64,000 bases of DNA from Verrucomicrobiota bacterium. Lineage in GTDB: Bacteria; Verrucomicrobiota; Verrucomicrobiia; Limisphaerales; AAA164-E04. The position numbers and the translations under genes are program-made. Positions within the stretch are counted from its first letter, which is position 1; every line of letters begins with the position of its first letter. Below the pieces are notes generated by a model, which was not told the origin of the DNA, ran no database searches, and saw nothing but the letters and a program-made list of their open reading frames with translations. The DNA is taken from assembly GCA_047947115.1 (NCBI GenBank), contig CP170459.1, positions 5,120,001 to 5,184,000 of the forward strand, in the 5' to 3' direction. Shown here piece by piece: positions 9,625 to 20,180 of the stretch.

Positions 9625-12600
9625 ATGATCAAACGAATGGTGACTGGCATCGTAGCCCTCGCTGCCCTCCCCCAACTCGCCGAGGCCCAGCCTTCGATTG
9701 ATTTCAATCGCGATATCAAACCCATCCTCTCAGACAGATGTTTTTCCTGTCATGGGCCGGATGAACAAGGCCGGAAAGCGAACCTTCGCTTTGACATCAA
9801 AACCGACCTCAGCCACGCGTCGGACCAGGGAACACCCATTTTGCAACCCGGGGATCCCGATGCCAGCGAATTGTATCTTCGCATCATCACGGATGATCCA
9901 GATGACATCATGCCGCCTCCCGAAGCTCTGTTGACACTTTCACCAGCAGAAAAACAGTTGATCAGACGTTGGATCAAAGAAGGCGCCGAGTGGTCGGGAC
10001 ATTGGTCTTTCCAAAGTGTCGGAAAAATCGAAGTTCCTGAAGTATCCAGAGAAGCCTTGCTCAGAAATCCCATTGATCATTTTGTCGAACAAAGATTAAT
10101 CCAGGAAGATCTGCCATCCACTGAAGAAGCCTCGCTGGAAAGACTGCTGCGACGTGTTTCAATCGATTTGACGGGACTCCCCCCCAGCGAGGAGATGCGC
10201 AACCGATTCCTTCTGGACAAGAAACCAGGCGCATACGAACGACTGGTGGACCGGTTGCTGGCATCAGAACATTTTGGCGAGCGCATGGCAATGGACTGGT
10301 TGGACGTGGCCCGTTTTGCCGATACCTACGGGTACCAGGCTGATCGTTTCAACCATTTGTGGCCCTGGAGAGACTGGGTGATCCAAGCCTTTAATCAAAA
10401 CCTTCCTTACGACGAATTCATCACGCATCAAATGGCGGGTGACCTGATGGAAGACCGTACGCAGGACACAGTGTTGGCGACCGCATTCCATCGGAACCAC
10501 CGTCAGACCAATGAAGGCGGCAGCACCAATGAAGAATTCCGGGTGGAATACAATGCCGACCGGCTCAAAACCACCGCACTGGCATTTTTGGGGTTAACCA
10601 TTGAGTGCGCCCGCTGCCATGATCATAAATATGACCCGATATCACAGCGCGATTACTACCGATTGTTCGCCTTTTTCAACAACACCGACGAATCGGGGCT
10701 ATACTCTCACTTTACCGACGCCATCCCCACTCCGACACACTTCCTTTACAAAGAGGGTGAGCACCCAAAACATGAGGCGGCAAAATCCAGGATACGGGCA
10801 TTGGAAGCAAAGGAAGCATCCATCCGAGAAGTTGCCAAACCGGCCTTCGAAACCTGGTGGAAGGAAATCAAAGTTGCGAGCGCTTATCCAGATGCAGATC
10901 AGGTGGGGTATTTCAATTTTGAAACAAAAGAAGAAAAAGGTTACCCGAATCTGGCAAAGGAAGATCACTTCGCAAAGATCAACGACAACCCTCAGCCGGT
11001 CGAAGGCAACAAGGGACAATCGCTCGTGTTTGATGGTGAGAATTCCATCAACATCGACCAAGTGGCGGACTTCAATCGAAACCAACCCTTCTCGATGTCC
11101 GTCTGGATGGAAATCCCTGAAGTACTGAACAAAATCATCGTTCTCCATCACTCCCAAGCAGGGTCGGATGCCGGCAGCAGGGGGTATGAGTTGCTGTTGG
11201 AAGATGGCCATGCCGCTTTTGCCCTGGTTCATTTTTGGCCGGGGAATGCCATCAAGGTCCGCACCCAATCAACACTGCCCATCCATCAATGGCTGCATCT
11301 CGGGTGGACCTACGATGGTTCCAGCAAAGCGGAAGGCATAAGGCTTTATGTCAACGGCAAACCTGAGCCGGTGGAAATCGTCCGGGACACACTCTACAGA
11401 GACATTACTTACGGTGGAGGGGTGCCCTTGCAACTTGCCGCACGTTTCAGAGGCCGGGGATTCAAGGATGGCAAACTGGATGAACTCCGCATCTTCAACA
11501 CGGAACTCACCCCGCTGGAAATGCAGGCCGTTTTTCTGGAAACCCCCATCCAAAAACCCGAAACGAACGAGCCGGACACGGAAGCATGGTTCGACTATTG
11601 GCTGAATCGCCATCACAAACCTTATCAAACCTGGGTTTCAGATTTGCAGGAAGCCCGGCAGGAAGAGAGCCGCATCGTCGAAAGCCTGCGTGAAATCATG
11701 GCCATGGGTGACATCAAGGGGGGACGTAAAACCTACATCCTTCGAAGAGGACAATACGATCTCCCCGCCGAAGAAGTTTCCGCCGGAACACCCGATCGCA
11801 TTTTGCCTTTTGACCCCTCCTGGCCGGCAAATCGACTCGGCCTGGCAAAGTGGTTGATCGATCGCAAGCATCCGCTCACTTCCCGCGTGGTGGTGAATCG
11901 ATTCTGGCAAATGTTTTTCGGAAAAGGACTTGTCGAAACTTCCGAGGATTTCGGCAGTCAGGGCGCCCAACCCTCCCATCGCGAGTTGCTGGACTGGTTG
12001 GCCGGCTGGTATATGGACAACGGATGGAACACAAAGGCTTTGTTGAAACTGATCGTCACCTCCCACACCTATCGCAAAGACTCTGTCCCAACACACGAAA
12101 TGATGCAGAAGGATCCGGAAAACAGACTCCTGGCGCGTGGCCCCAAACAACGGCTGATGGCGGAAATCTTACGGGATCAAGCCCTCAGCGCGGCAGGCAT
12201 ATTATCCCCCAAACTCGGAGGTCCCAGCGTCAAGCCGTACCAACCTGCAGGCGTCTGGAAAGAAGTCTCCGGGGCCACCTACACACCTGATAAAGGCGAA
12301 GGTCTGCATCGTCGCAGTCTTTACACATATTGGAAGCGCACCGCTCCCCCCCCTGCCATGCTGACCTTCGATGCCACATCACGCGAGGATTGCATTGCGC
12401 GACGCGTCCCAACCAACACCCCCCTGCAAGCGTTGGTTCTGCTGAACGATCCCCAGTTCATCGAAGCAGCCCGCATGCTGGCACAACGCATGGTGCAGGA
12501 AGGCGGCGAATCCCTGATCGACCAGATTGTCTACGGATTTCGTCAAGTCATCACACGCCCCCCCAACGCGCCCGAACTGGAATTATTGAAAACCATTTAC

Positions 12601-12771
12601 AGCGAACGCTTCGACTCCCTCGCAGGTGTCGATTTCTCCAAAGAGGACGCCTCGATCGAGCAAATGGGAGAATTGAAATGGGAAAAAGATCTGGACCTCC
12701 GAAACCTCAGTGCTCTCACAGCGGTGTCACTGGCCATATTAAATTTCGACGAAGCCATCGTGAGAAGATAA
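9625..12771 (+). CDS. Planctomycete cytochrome c + DUF1549 + LamG-like + DUF1553 protein
   Basis: Signal peptide; DFNRDIKPILSDRCFSCHGPD, CARCHDHKYDP, RVVVNRFWQ and TNTPLQAL motifs; start could be 9577-9625. Confidence 0.92.
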   Translation: MIKRMVTGIVALAALPQLAEAQPSIDFNRDIKPILSDRCFSCHGPDEQGRKANLRFDIKTDLSHASDQGTPILQPGDPDASELYLRIITDDPDDIMPPPEALLTLSPAEKQLIRRWIKEGAEWSGHWSFQSVGKIEVPEVSREALLRNPIDHFVEQRLIQEDLPSTEEASLERLLRRVSIDLTGLPPSEEMRNRFLLDKKPGAYERLVDRLLASEHFGERMAMDWLDVARFADTYGYQADRFNHLWPWRDWVIQAFNQNLPYDEFITHQMAGDLMEDRTQDTVLATAFHRNHRQTNEGGSTNEEFRVEYNADRLKTTALAFLGLTIECARCHDHKYDPISQRDYYRLFAFFNNTDESGLYSHFTDAIPTPTHFLYKEGEHPKHEAAKSRIRALEAKEASIREVAKPAFETWWKEIKVASAYPDADQVGYFNFETKEEKGYPNLAKEDHFAKINDNPQPVEGNKGQSLVFDGENSINIDQVADFNRNQPFSMSVWMEIPEVLNKIIVLHHSQAGSDAGSRGYELLLEDGHAAFALVHFWPGNAIKVRTQSTLPIHQWLHLGWTYDGSSKAEGIRLYVNGKPEPVEIVRDTLYRDITYGGGVPLQLAARFRGRGFKDGKLDELRIFNTELTPLEMQAVFLETPIQKPETNEPDTEAWFDYWLNRHHKPYQTWVSDLQEARQEESRIVESLREIMAMGDIKGGRKTYILRRGQYDLPAEEVSAGTPDRILPFDPSWPANRLGLAKWLIDRKHPLTSRVVVNRFWQMFFGKGLVETSEDFGSQGAQPSHRELLDWLAGWYMDNGWNTKALLKLIVTSHTYRKDSVPTHEMMQKDPENRLLARGPKQRLMAEILRDQALSAAGILSPKLGGPSVKPYQPAGVWKEVSGATYTPDKGEGLHRRSLYTYWKRTAPPPAMLTFDATSREDCIARRVPTNTPLQALVLLNDPQFIEAARMLAQRMVQEGGESLIDQIVYGFRQVITRPPNAPELELLKTIYSERFDSLAGVDFSKEDASIEQMGELKWEKDLDLRNLSALTAVSLAILNFDEAIVRR

Positions 12772-12796
12772 GAAACCTCAAACGCCACATACGTCC

Positions 12797-14248
12797 ATGA
12801 AACATTTGAAAGAAGCACATTGCCAATCCTTCGAGCACCACCCCTCGCGTCGAGCATTCCTGGCCAAATCCGGAATGGGCCTGGGAGCCCTGGCATTGAA
12901 CCAACTCATTTCCGCAGAATCGCCGCGTTCTTCTCTGAGAGGCATCCTCGATCATCCCCACCACGCCCCGAAGGCAAAGCGGGTCATCTACCTCTTCATG
13001 AGCGGAGGGCCCTCTCAATTGGATTTGTTCGACTACAAACCGATACTGAACAAAATGAACGGCGAGGATCTGCCGGAATCTGTGCGCATGGGACAACGCC
13101 TGACGGGAATGTCCGCCAACCAGGCCAAACTTCCCATGGCGGGATCCATTTTCAAATTCGATCGCCACGGCCAATCCGGAGCGCAAATCAGCGAAATACT
13201 TCCCCACACTGCCAGGATTGCCGATGATCTCTGCATCATCCGATCCCTGCACACGGATGCCATCAATCATGACCCTGCCATTACCTTCTTCCAGACAGGT
13301 TCCCAACTGGCTGGTCGTCCGTCGATGGGATCATGGCTCAGCTATGGATTGGGTTCTGAAAACGACAATTTACCCGCATTCTGCGTCCTGATCACCCGCA
13401 ACAAAGGCGGCCAACCACTCTATTCAAGACTCTGGGGAAACGGTTTTCTTCCATCCATCCACCAGGGAGTCCAGTTCCGGGCAGGGAAAGACCCGGTGTT
13501 GTATCTGGAAAATCCAACCGGAGTCACCCAGCAACAACGCCGACAAATGCTGGACCGCCTTCGGGCCTTGAACGAAATTCAGATGGAAAAGGAAAAAGAT
13601 CCGGAAATTGCCACCCGCATCGCCCAATACGAAATGGCCTACCGCATGCAGACTTCCGTTCCGGACGTCATGGACCTGAGCGACGAACCCGAGTCCACGT
13701 ATGAACTCTACGGTGAAGACGCACGAAAACCCGGCACCTTCGCAGCCAACTGCCTGCTCGCACGTCGACTGGCCGAACGCGATGTCCGGTTTATTGAACT
13801 GTTTCACCAAGGATGGGATCAACATGGCGGCCTGCCTGCAGGTCTTCGACGACAATGCGAGGAAACGGACCAGGCATCGGCCGCTTTGGTCACCGATTTG
13901 AAGCGTCGCGGTTTGCTGGACGATACCCTCGTCATCTGGGGCGGTGAATTTGGTCGAACGAATTATTCCCAGGGCAAGCTGACGGCCACCGACTACGGAA
14001 GAGACCATCACCCGCGCTGCTTCACCCAATGGGTGGCGGGAGGAGGATTCCAACCAGGCCTGACCTATGGCGAAACCGACGAATTCGGCTACAACGTTGT
14101 CAAGGATGGTGTGGATGTGCACGATCTGCACGCCACCATGCTCAACCAACTCGGAATTGAGCATGAAAAGCTAACCTTCAAGTACCAGGGCCGACGTTAC
14201 CGACTGACCGATATCAAAGGCAACGTCGTCAAACCACTCATTGTTTGA
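12797..14248 (+). CDS. DUF1501 family protein (sulfatase-like fold, Tat signal)
   Basis: SRRAFL Tat motif; KRVIYLFMSGGPSQLDLFDYKP, GWDQH, WGGEFGRT and GRDHHP motifs. Confidence 0.93.
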   Translation: MKHLKEAHCQSFEHHPSRRAFLAKSGMGLGALALNQLISAESPRSSLRGILDHPHHAPKAKRVIYLFMSGGPSQLDLFDYKPILNKMNGEDLPESVRMGQRLTGMSANQAKLPMAGSIFKFDRHGQSGAQISEILPHTARIADDLCIIRSLHTDAINHDPAITFFQTGSQLAGRPSMGSWLSYGLGSENDNLPAFCVLITRNKGGQPLYSRLWGNGFLPSIHQGVQFRAGKDPVLYLENPTGVTQQQRRQMLDRLRALNEIQMEKEKDPEIATRIAQYEMAYRMQTSVPDVMDLSDEPESTYELYGEDARKPGTFAANCLLARRLAERDVRFIELFHQGWDQHGGLPAGLRRQCEETDQASAALVTDLKRRGLLDDTLVIWGGEFGRTNYSQGKLTATDYGRDHHPRCFTQWVAGGGFQPGLTYGETDEFGYNVVKDGVDVHDLHATMLNQLGIEHEKLTFKYQGRRYRLTDIKGNVVKPLIV

Positions 14249-14292
14249 AACAAACAACCCCTCACACCGATCCAAAAGTAGCCCCGTCAATC

Positions 14293-14817
14293 ATGGCCGA
14301 AGAAATCTTTGATGTCGTCAATGACCGCGATGAAGTCGTTGACCAACGCCCCAGGAGCGAAGTGCACGCCAGAAACATGCTCCATCGCGCTGTACATGTG
14401 CTGGTTTTTCACTCGGACGGCAAACTGTTCCTCCAGAAGCGATCCATGCTCAAGGACTGCTTTCCCGGTACTTGGGATTCCTCCGCATCCGGACACCTCG
14501 ACACCGGTGAATCCTATGATGACTGCGCGGTACGCGAAGTCAGTGAGGAACTGGGATGGCAACCTGATCGTCCTCTTGAAAAACTCTTCAAACTACCGGC
14601 AAGCGAGGAAACGGGCTGGGAATTTGTCTGGATTTACCGGGTGCAGTACGACGGCCCCTTCACGTTGCATCCTGATGAGATTGAGCGAGGCGATTGGTTT
14701 TCCCGCGATCATATTCAAGGATGGCTTGACCAAAATCCGGAAGAATTTGCAAGCGCTTTCCGTTTGTTGTGGAAAGCCTTTTTGGCATGGGAAACCGCTT
14801 CAACAAATCCTGCATAA
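14293..14817 (+). CDS. NUDIX hydrolase (IPP-isomerase/YfcD-like)
   Basis: HRAVH, LQKRS..KD..PG.WD and the Nudix box GHLDTGESYDDCAVREVSEELG. Confidence 0.88.
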   Translation: MAEEIFDVVNDRDEVVDQRPRSEVHARNMLHRAVHVLVFHSDGKLFLQKRSMLKDCFPGTWDSSASGHLDTGESYDDCAVREVSEELGWQPDRPLEKLFKLPASEETGWEFVWIYRVQYDGPFTLHPDEIERGDWFSRDHIQGWLDQNPEEFASAFRLLWKAFLAWETASTNPA

Positions 14818-14818
14818 G

Positions 14819-15724
14819 ATGGAAAAATTCGCCCTGGGAATTGATCTGGGTGGCACAAGAGTCAAACACGTCCTTGTCTCGGAGTCCGGACAGACCGTCG
14901 ACCAGGGGGCGCATGATTTCAAACAGCACGAGACCATGGATTGGAAAAGTTCCATTCAATACATGGTCAGACAGATACAAGACCGATTTCCGGATCACCC
15001 ATTATCCATCGGACTATCCGCACCTGGGCTCGTGGCGCTGGACGGCCTGTCCATCCGACACATGCCCGGAAGGTTGCAGGGACTTGAAGGCCTGGTCTGG
15101 ACCGAGGCATTGAATCATCCAGCCCCCATCCCCGTGCTTAACGACGCTCATTCCGCCTTGCTGGGCGAAGTCTGGAGAGGAGTAGCCAGAGGCATGCAAA
15201 ACGTCGTCATGATCACTCTGGGGACCGGTGTTGGAGGAGCGGCCATGGTTGACGGCCATTTGCTTAAAGGTCATATTGGAAGGGCCGGGCATTTGGGGCA
15301 CATCAGCCAACAAGTGTATGGCCCCCCCGACATTTGCCGGACACCTGGCAGTCTCGAATGGAATATTGGAAACTGCACCATCAAAGACCGCACAAACGGA
15401 CGTTTTACATCCACTCACGATTTGGTTCAGGCAAGCATTGAAGGAGATCCGTTCGCAAAGGGAGTTTGGGAGCGGTCCGTCCGATATCTCGCGGCAGGTC
15501 TGACGTCTTTTATCAACATCCTCGACCCCGAAGCCATTGTCATCGGAGGAGGCATCGCCGAATCCGGCAGAACATTATTTGAGCCGCTACAAAAGGCCTT
15601 GAACGAAATGGAATGGCATGTTCAGGATCATCGCGTCAGCATCTTGAAAGCGAGTCTGGGCGAATATGCCGGGGCTTATGGCGCTGCCTTCCAATCCTTG
15701 GAAAATCAGCAAATTGGTACATGA
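14819..15724 (+). CDS. ROK family sugar kinase (glucokinase-like)
   Basis: GIDLGGT, NDA, TLGTGVGG, AGHLGH and IVIGGG motifs; ATG 1 nt after the NUDIX stop. Confidence 0.9.
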   Translation: MEKFALGIDLGGTRVKHVLVSESGQTVDQGAHDFKQHETMDWKSSIQYMVRQIQDRFPDHPLSIGLSAPGLVALDGLSIRHMPGRLQGLEGLVWTEALNHPAPIPVLNDAHSALLGEVWRGVARGMQNVVMITLGTGVGGAAMVDGHLLKGHIGRAGHLGHISQQVYGPPDICRTPGSLEWNIGNCTIKDRTNGRFTSTHDLVQASIEGDPFAKGVWERSVRYLAAGLTSFINILDPEAIVIGGGIAESGRTLFEPLQKALNEMEWHVQDHRVSILKASLGEYAGAYGAAFQSLENQQIGT

Positions 15725-15757
15725 AAAATCGGCGAAACCCATGCGGGAATCGCCGAT
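15724..15757 (-). terminator. Intrinsic terminator after rpmB (between convergent genes)
   Basis: ATCGGCGA..CCC/GGG..TCGCCGAT stem; T-run on the minus strand. Confidence 0.7.
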
Positions 15758-15776
15758 CGTGAAATGTAATGCCAAA

Positions 15777-16031
15777 TCAGGCGGGTTTCTTCCAAGTGCG
15801 CTTGGGCGCTTTGGTCACCAAACCTTTCTTAATTGCCTTGGCTGTGACGCGGATGTATTTCACCTCACCGTCAATGATCACCTTGACACGCTGAAGGTTA
15901 GGCAAGAACCGACGTTTGGTGATACCGGTTACATGTGTACCGATACCGCCTTTTTTCTTGGCTTTACCACTGCGCCAAATGTGACTTCCCTTAATGGGCC
16001 GTTTTCCTGTTAACTGACAAATCCTGGACAT
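15777..16031 (-). CDS. rpmB: 50S ribosomal protein L28
   Basis: MSRICQLTGK...TKRRFLPNLQ; 84 aa, basic. Confidence 0.95.
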   Translation of the reverse strand: MSRICQLTGKRPIKGSHIWRSGKAKKKGGIGTHVTGITKRRFLPNLQRVKVIIDGEVKYIRVTAKAIKKGLVTKAPKRTWKKPA

Positions 16032-16341
16032 AATGCCGTGCGTTGATTGTTTTTCTAAAAAACAAGGGCGGGATATTACGAACCGCTCCAAAGCATATCA
16101 AGTGTTAAAAATAAGAAACCTTCATTTTTTTGCTTTTGCCCCCCCCCCCGCCTGAACGATGCCGTTTTGTAAAACATGCCATCGACCAATCGGAAAAAAC
16201 GTAACTCCATATGTGATGGAATGGGTGATGACCGTTATCAATAGCAAATGGTTACATTTTTATTAATTTTTTGCTTTCATCAGGTCTGAATTTCACCAAA
16301 ACTCACCCAACCCCCAGAATATAAAACACACAGGTAGACGA

Positions 16342-17196
16342 ATGAAGATCCGTACCAACAACACGCGTTCCGGTTTCACTTTGATTGAACTGCTCGTTGT
16401 CATTGCCATCATAGCCATCCTCGCAGGCATGTTGCTGCCAGCGCTTTCCAAAGCAAAATCCAAAGCCAAGGCGATCCATTGCGTGTCCAATCTCAAGCAG
16501 TGGGGAATCATCTGGCAGATGTATGTCGATGATAATGAGGGCAAATTCAGCGATGGCGACATCGGCTGGGCTCGAGGCGAATGGGTGGTGGCGCTGGCCG
16601 AACATTATCAGGAAAAACCCATGCTCCTTCTATGCCCAACGGCTGTCAATCGACGTGGCAATAGCTCCGGCACCACCGAAATCAAAAAACCGGTCGGCAC
16701 CCCCGAAAGTCAATTATCAGACTGGGGCGGCGCATTCACGGCCTACAATTTCCCCAACTTCGCAAATGACTTCGAAGCAGGATCCAAGTTTCTCATAAGC
16801 AGCTATGGTGGAAACAACTGGATTTACAATGCCAAAACAGATATCCAGGGCCGCGCCAAGAAAGATCACTGGGGATCGCTGGATGTCACCGACAGTGTTT
16901 CTGACATTCCACTGTTCCTGGATGCCATGTGGCGTGGCGGTGGTCCTGACCACAGCAACAGCACCAAGGATCAAGCTCCTCAATACAACGGTCAATGGGC
17001 GGGTTTCGGTCAGGAATCCATGCATTTCGCCATGGCCCGACATGGGCAGGGTGTGAATGTCGCTTATTTTGACCACTCCGTACGTTCCACTCGCTCACCA
17101 CGCCAAATCTGGCAGATGAAGTGGCACCGGAGCTACCAACGCCACGGTTTCGAACGCACTAAGAACTTCCCGGCCTGGATCGGCAACGGAAGATAG
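16342..17196 (+). CDS. Prepilin-type N-terminal cleavage/methylation protein (PVC DUF1559-like)
   Basis: [31 protein letters not shown] and C-terminal H-X9-DH. Confidence 0.9.
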   Translation: MKIRTNNTRSGFTLIELLVVIAIIAILAGMLLPALSKAKSKAKAIHCVSNLKQWGIIWQMYVDDNEGKFSDGDIGWARGEWVVALAEHYQEKPMLLLCPTAVNRRGNSSGTTEIKKPVGTPESQLSDWGGAFTAYNFPNFANDFEAGSKFLISSYGGNNWIYNAKTDIQGRAKKDHWGSLDVTDSVSDIPLFLDAMWRGGGPDHSNSTKDQAPQYNGQWAGFGQESMHFAMARHGQGVNVAYFDHSVRSTRSPRQIWQMKWHRSYQRHGFERTKNFPAWIGNGR

Positions 17197-17233
17197 TTAA
17201 ATGGTGAATAGTGAATGTTGAATTGTTCAGCAA

Positions 17234-17450
17234 GGTAGAGCGTGCCGTCCCTGGCGCGCCCCTTGTGGTGTTCGAGCTGCCACCAATCTCCGCTTTGGGA
17301 AGCCTTCGGTTTTCATCGGCCTATATCCTTTTTCAGAACACAACATAAGGGTTTGGGCGATCAATTACGTCAGGGCTCCCTTTAAGCGGCACTCCTGAAC
17401 ACGCTTACCACAAGGTGCGGACCGTGATCCCGACGAGTCGGGAATCTACC
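17234..17450. repeat. Composite GTAG-type REP doublet (REPIN/BIME-like element A)
   Basis: GGTAG + hairpin at the left end; hairpin + CTACC at the right end; internal inverted arms CCTTGTGGT (17261) / ACCACAAGG (17407); shares blocks with 36647-36789. Confidence 0.7.
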
Positions 17451-19272
17451 TGCTGTCAGAGATTTTCTCGAAACCTTCTTCGATGAAGGTGGTATTCTGA
17501 ATGCGGGTAAGCCGGGCATAGACGCCGTCTTGCTTGATCAGGTCGTCATGCGCACCCCGTTCGATGATGTTGCCTTCTTTGAGGACAAGAATCTGGTCAG
17601 CCTTGCGGATCGTGCTCAGGCGGTGGGCAATCACAAAGCTGGTCCGGCCTTTCAACAACCGCTCCAGGGCCTCCTGAATCAGTCGCTCCGTGGCTGTGTC
17701 CACACTGGCCGTGGCCTCGTCCAGTATCAGGATTGGAGCGTCCTTGAGCAAAGCTCTGGCAATGCTGATGCGTTGCTTCTCCCCGACGCTGAGTTTCACC
17801 CCGCGCTCGCCAACATGGGAATCGTACCCCTCAGGCAAGCGCTCGATGAAGTCGTGACAGTTCGCAGCCTGTGCTGCCCGGATCAAATCTTCCTCTCCTG
17901 CATCCAGATTGCCATACGCAATGTTCTCCCGCACTGTGCCATTGAACAAAAACGGTTCCTGCGAAACCACACTGATCTCACGGCGCAATGAAGCCAGATC
18001 CAACTGGCTTACATCCTGTCCATCGATGGTAATGGTCCCACTGGTCAATTCGTAAAACGCGGGCAGCAGATTCACAATGGATGATTTTCCGGCACCCGTG
18101 GGCCCCACCAATGCAATCATCTCACCGGATCGGGCATGCAGGTCAATGTCGTGGAGAACGGTTCGGTCCTCTCCATATTGGAAAACCACCTTTTTGTAGA
18201 CCACGTCCCCTTTGACAGGAGTTTTCAGGATTTGTGTCCGATCCGGCCTTTCGGGATCAGCATCCAAAATATCGAACACCCTCTCACCTGCGGCACGCGC
18301 TCCCTGCATCATCTGGTTCAAACTGTGCAAGCGTCCGATAGGCTCATAAAACAGTCCGAGAAACAGAACAAAACCAACCAAATCCCCCACCGACATGACA
18401 TCCTGAATCACCATCCGTCCACCGATCCAAAGCACCAACCCCGTTCCAAGCGAAGTGGCAAACGCCATGGTCGGTGAATAAATCGCCCAGGCCTTCATGA
18501 TGCCCAAGGATCCCAGACGAAGCGCATGGGATCGATCGGCAAAACGGCGATCTTCATGTTTCTGACGACAGAAAGCCTTGATTTGGCGGATTCCCTGAAG
18601 GTTATCCATCAACAACGCGTTCATGGCGCTGGCAGCCTCCCGCTGACGACGATAACGACGGTGTGCGGTCAGGGTATAGGCCAATGCGCCTCCAATCAGC
18701 ACCGGCATGGGAATCAGCGCCACCCAGGCGAGTGTGGGGTTCATCGCAAACAAGAAAAACAACACCCCAACCACGCTCAACACAGCCACCGTCCCCTGCT
18801 CTGTCCCGTCGATCAAAACGCGTTCGACATTGTTCACGTCCTCAATCACTCGGGTCATCAAATCGCCTGAAGCACGTTGATCGAAATATCCGACCGGCAA
18901 ATGCTGAAGTTTGTCGTAAACCTGCTGGCGCATGTCATAGATGACATTTTGTTCGAAGTGATTGTTAATGATGATCCGCAAGCTGTTGAACAATTCACGC
19001 AGCAGAAAAGCGCCGATCAAGCTGCCCATCACCCAGGGTAATTCATCGAGCCGCTTGTTGGAGATGACCTCATCGATGACATAGGAAGTCAATTTCGGAT
19101 AGACAAACGCAAAGGCAAGCGAAACAACCGCACACCCTACCGTCCCCAGAGCCATCCATTTATAAGGCATGAGAAACACCGACACCCGCCGGACGATCTC
19201 CCACGTACTTCGCTTCCGAGCCCCATAATCACGGCTACGCCCCTTCCCCGAACTGATACCACGACGACTCAC
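17446..19272 (-). CDS. ABC exporter, fused permease/ATPase (MsbA/MdlB-like)
   Basis: Six-helix N-domain; GPTGAGKS, LSVGEKQR, ILDEATAS and IAHRLST motifs. Confidence 0.93.
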   Translation of the reverse strand: MSRRGISSGKGRSRDYGARKRSTWEIVRRVSVFLMPYKWMALGTVGCAVVSLAFAFVYPKLTSYVIDEVISNKRLDELPWVMGSLIGAFLLRELFNSLRIIINNHFEQNVIYDMRQQVYDKLQHLPVGYFDQRASGDLMTRVIEDVNNVERVLIDGTEQGTVAVLSVVGVLFFLFAMNPTLAWVALIPMPVLIGGALAYTLTAHRRYRRQREAASAMNALLMDNLQGIRQIKAFCRQKHEDRRFADRSHALRLGSLGIMKAWAIYSPTMAFATSLGTGLVLWIGGRMVIQDVMSVGDLVGFVLFLGLFYEPIGRLHSLNQMMQGARAAGERVFDILDADPERPDRTQILKTPVKGDVVYKKVVFQYGEDRTVLHDIDLHARSGEMIALVGPTGAGKSSIVNLLPAFYELTSGTITIDGQDVSQLDLASLRREISVVSQEPFLFNGTVRENIAYGNLDAGEEDLIRAAQAANCHDFIERLPEGYDSHVGERGVKLSVGEKQRISIARALLKDAPILILDEATASVDTATERLIQEALERLLKGRTSFVIAHRLSTIRKADQILVLKEGNIIERGAHDDLIKQDGVYARLTRIQNTTFIEEGFEKISDSR

Positions 19273-19373
19273 GATACAAAAGGAAAGTCGAATGAAGGGA
19301 AAGAATACTCATCATCCCCAAGTGAACTGCCCAAAAAGCAAGGCTGCTGTAAAAAAACCATCACCATTAAAAC

Positions 19374-19402
19374 ATCTGCGTTAATCTGCGAAATCTGCGG
19401 TT
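19374..19402. repeat. Short triple repeat (ATCTGCG)x3
   Basis: atctgcg-tta-atctgcg-aa-atctgcggtt; reverse complement of the motif at 32053-32082. Confidence 0.7.
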
Positions 19403-19412
19403 AAAGCCAAAA

Positions 19413-20165
19413 TCAATAAGTAGCACGCCCCCCGGAAATATCAAACACCCCACCGGTTGAAAACGAACAATCCTCCGAAGCCAACCAGGACACCAAAGCC
19501 GCCACTTCATGCGGTTGACCCACGCGCTTCATAGGGATCTTGGACACCATGTAATCAATATGTTCCTGACTCACCTGCCTGAGGATATCCGTTTGAATCA
19601 CCGCAGGCGTCACACAATTGACATGTACCCCGGTTTCAGCGAGTTCCTTCCCGAGCGATTTGGTTAAACCAATCACACCCGATTTTGCAGCACTGTAATG
19701 AGATGCATTGGGGTTTCCTTCTTTCCCGGCAATTGAAGCAATATTGATGATCCGACCGTAACCATGGCTCATCATATGAGGCACCACCGCGTGACACACA
19801 TAAAAGACTGCCATCAGGTCCAGCTCAATCACATCACGCCATTCCTGCCAACTGCATTCCCAGAGCTTTTTGCTCACACCTGCGATGCCCGCATTATTGA
19901 CGGCAATGTCGATTTTCCCCATGGAAGCCGCCGTATTGTTGGCGGCTTTGGCAACAGATTCCGGAGAAGTAAGATCCACCGGTTGAACCTGCACCGAAGA
20001 TGGATCGTCCAGTTTCGATACAAACTCCCGGGCTGCGGCTTCGTCTTTATCCCAAATGGAGCAACGCGCCCCGGAATCCAGAAACCGTTGCACGATGGCC
20101 TTTCCTATTCCCCTGGCTCCTCCGGTCACAACAGCAACACGATCTTTTAAATCAATGGCATTCAT
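19413..20165 (-). CDS. SDR family NAD(P)-dependent oxidoreductase
   Basis: TGGARGIG, NNAG, YSAAK and DISGG motifs. Confidence 0.93.
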   Translation of the reverse strand: MNAIDLKDRVAVVTGGARGIGKAIVQRFLDSGARCSIWDKDEAAAREFVSKLDDPSSVQVQPVDLTSPESVAKAANNTAASMGKIDIAVNNAGIAGVSKKLWECSWQEWRDVIELDLMAVFYVCHAVVPHMMSHGYGRIINIASIAGKEGNPNASHYSAAKSGVIGLTKSLGKELAETGVHVNCVTPAVIQTDILRQVSQEHIDYMVSKIPMKRVGQPHEVAALVSWLASEDCSFSTGGVFDISGGRATY

Positions 20166-20180
20166 GGGAGCAAAATCAAA

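Noticed and set aside
14309..14818. 170-aa N-terminal extension of the ROK protein
   Set aside because: It overlaps the NUDIX gene in another frame; the ROK domain starts at ATG 14819
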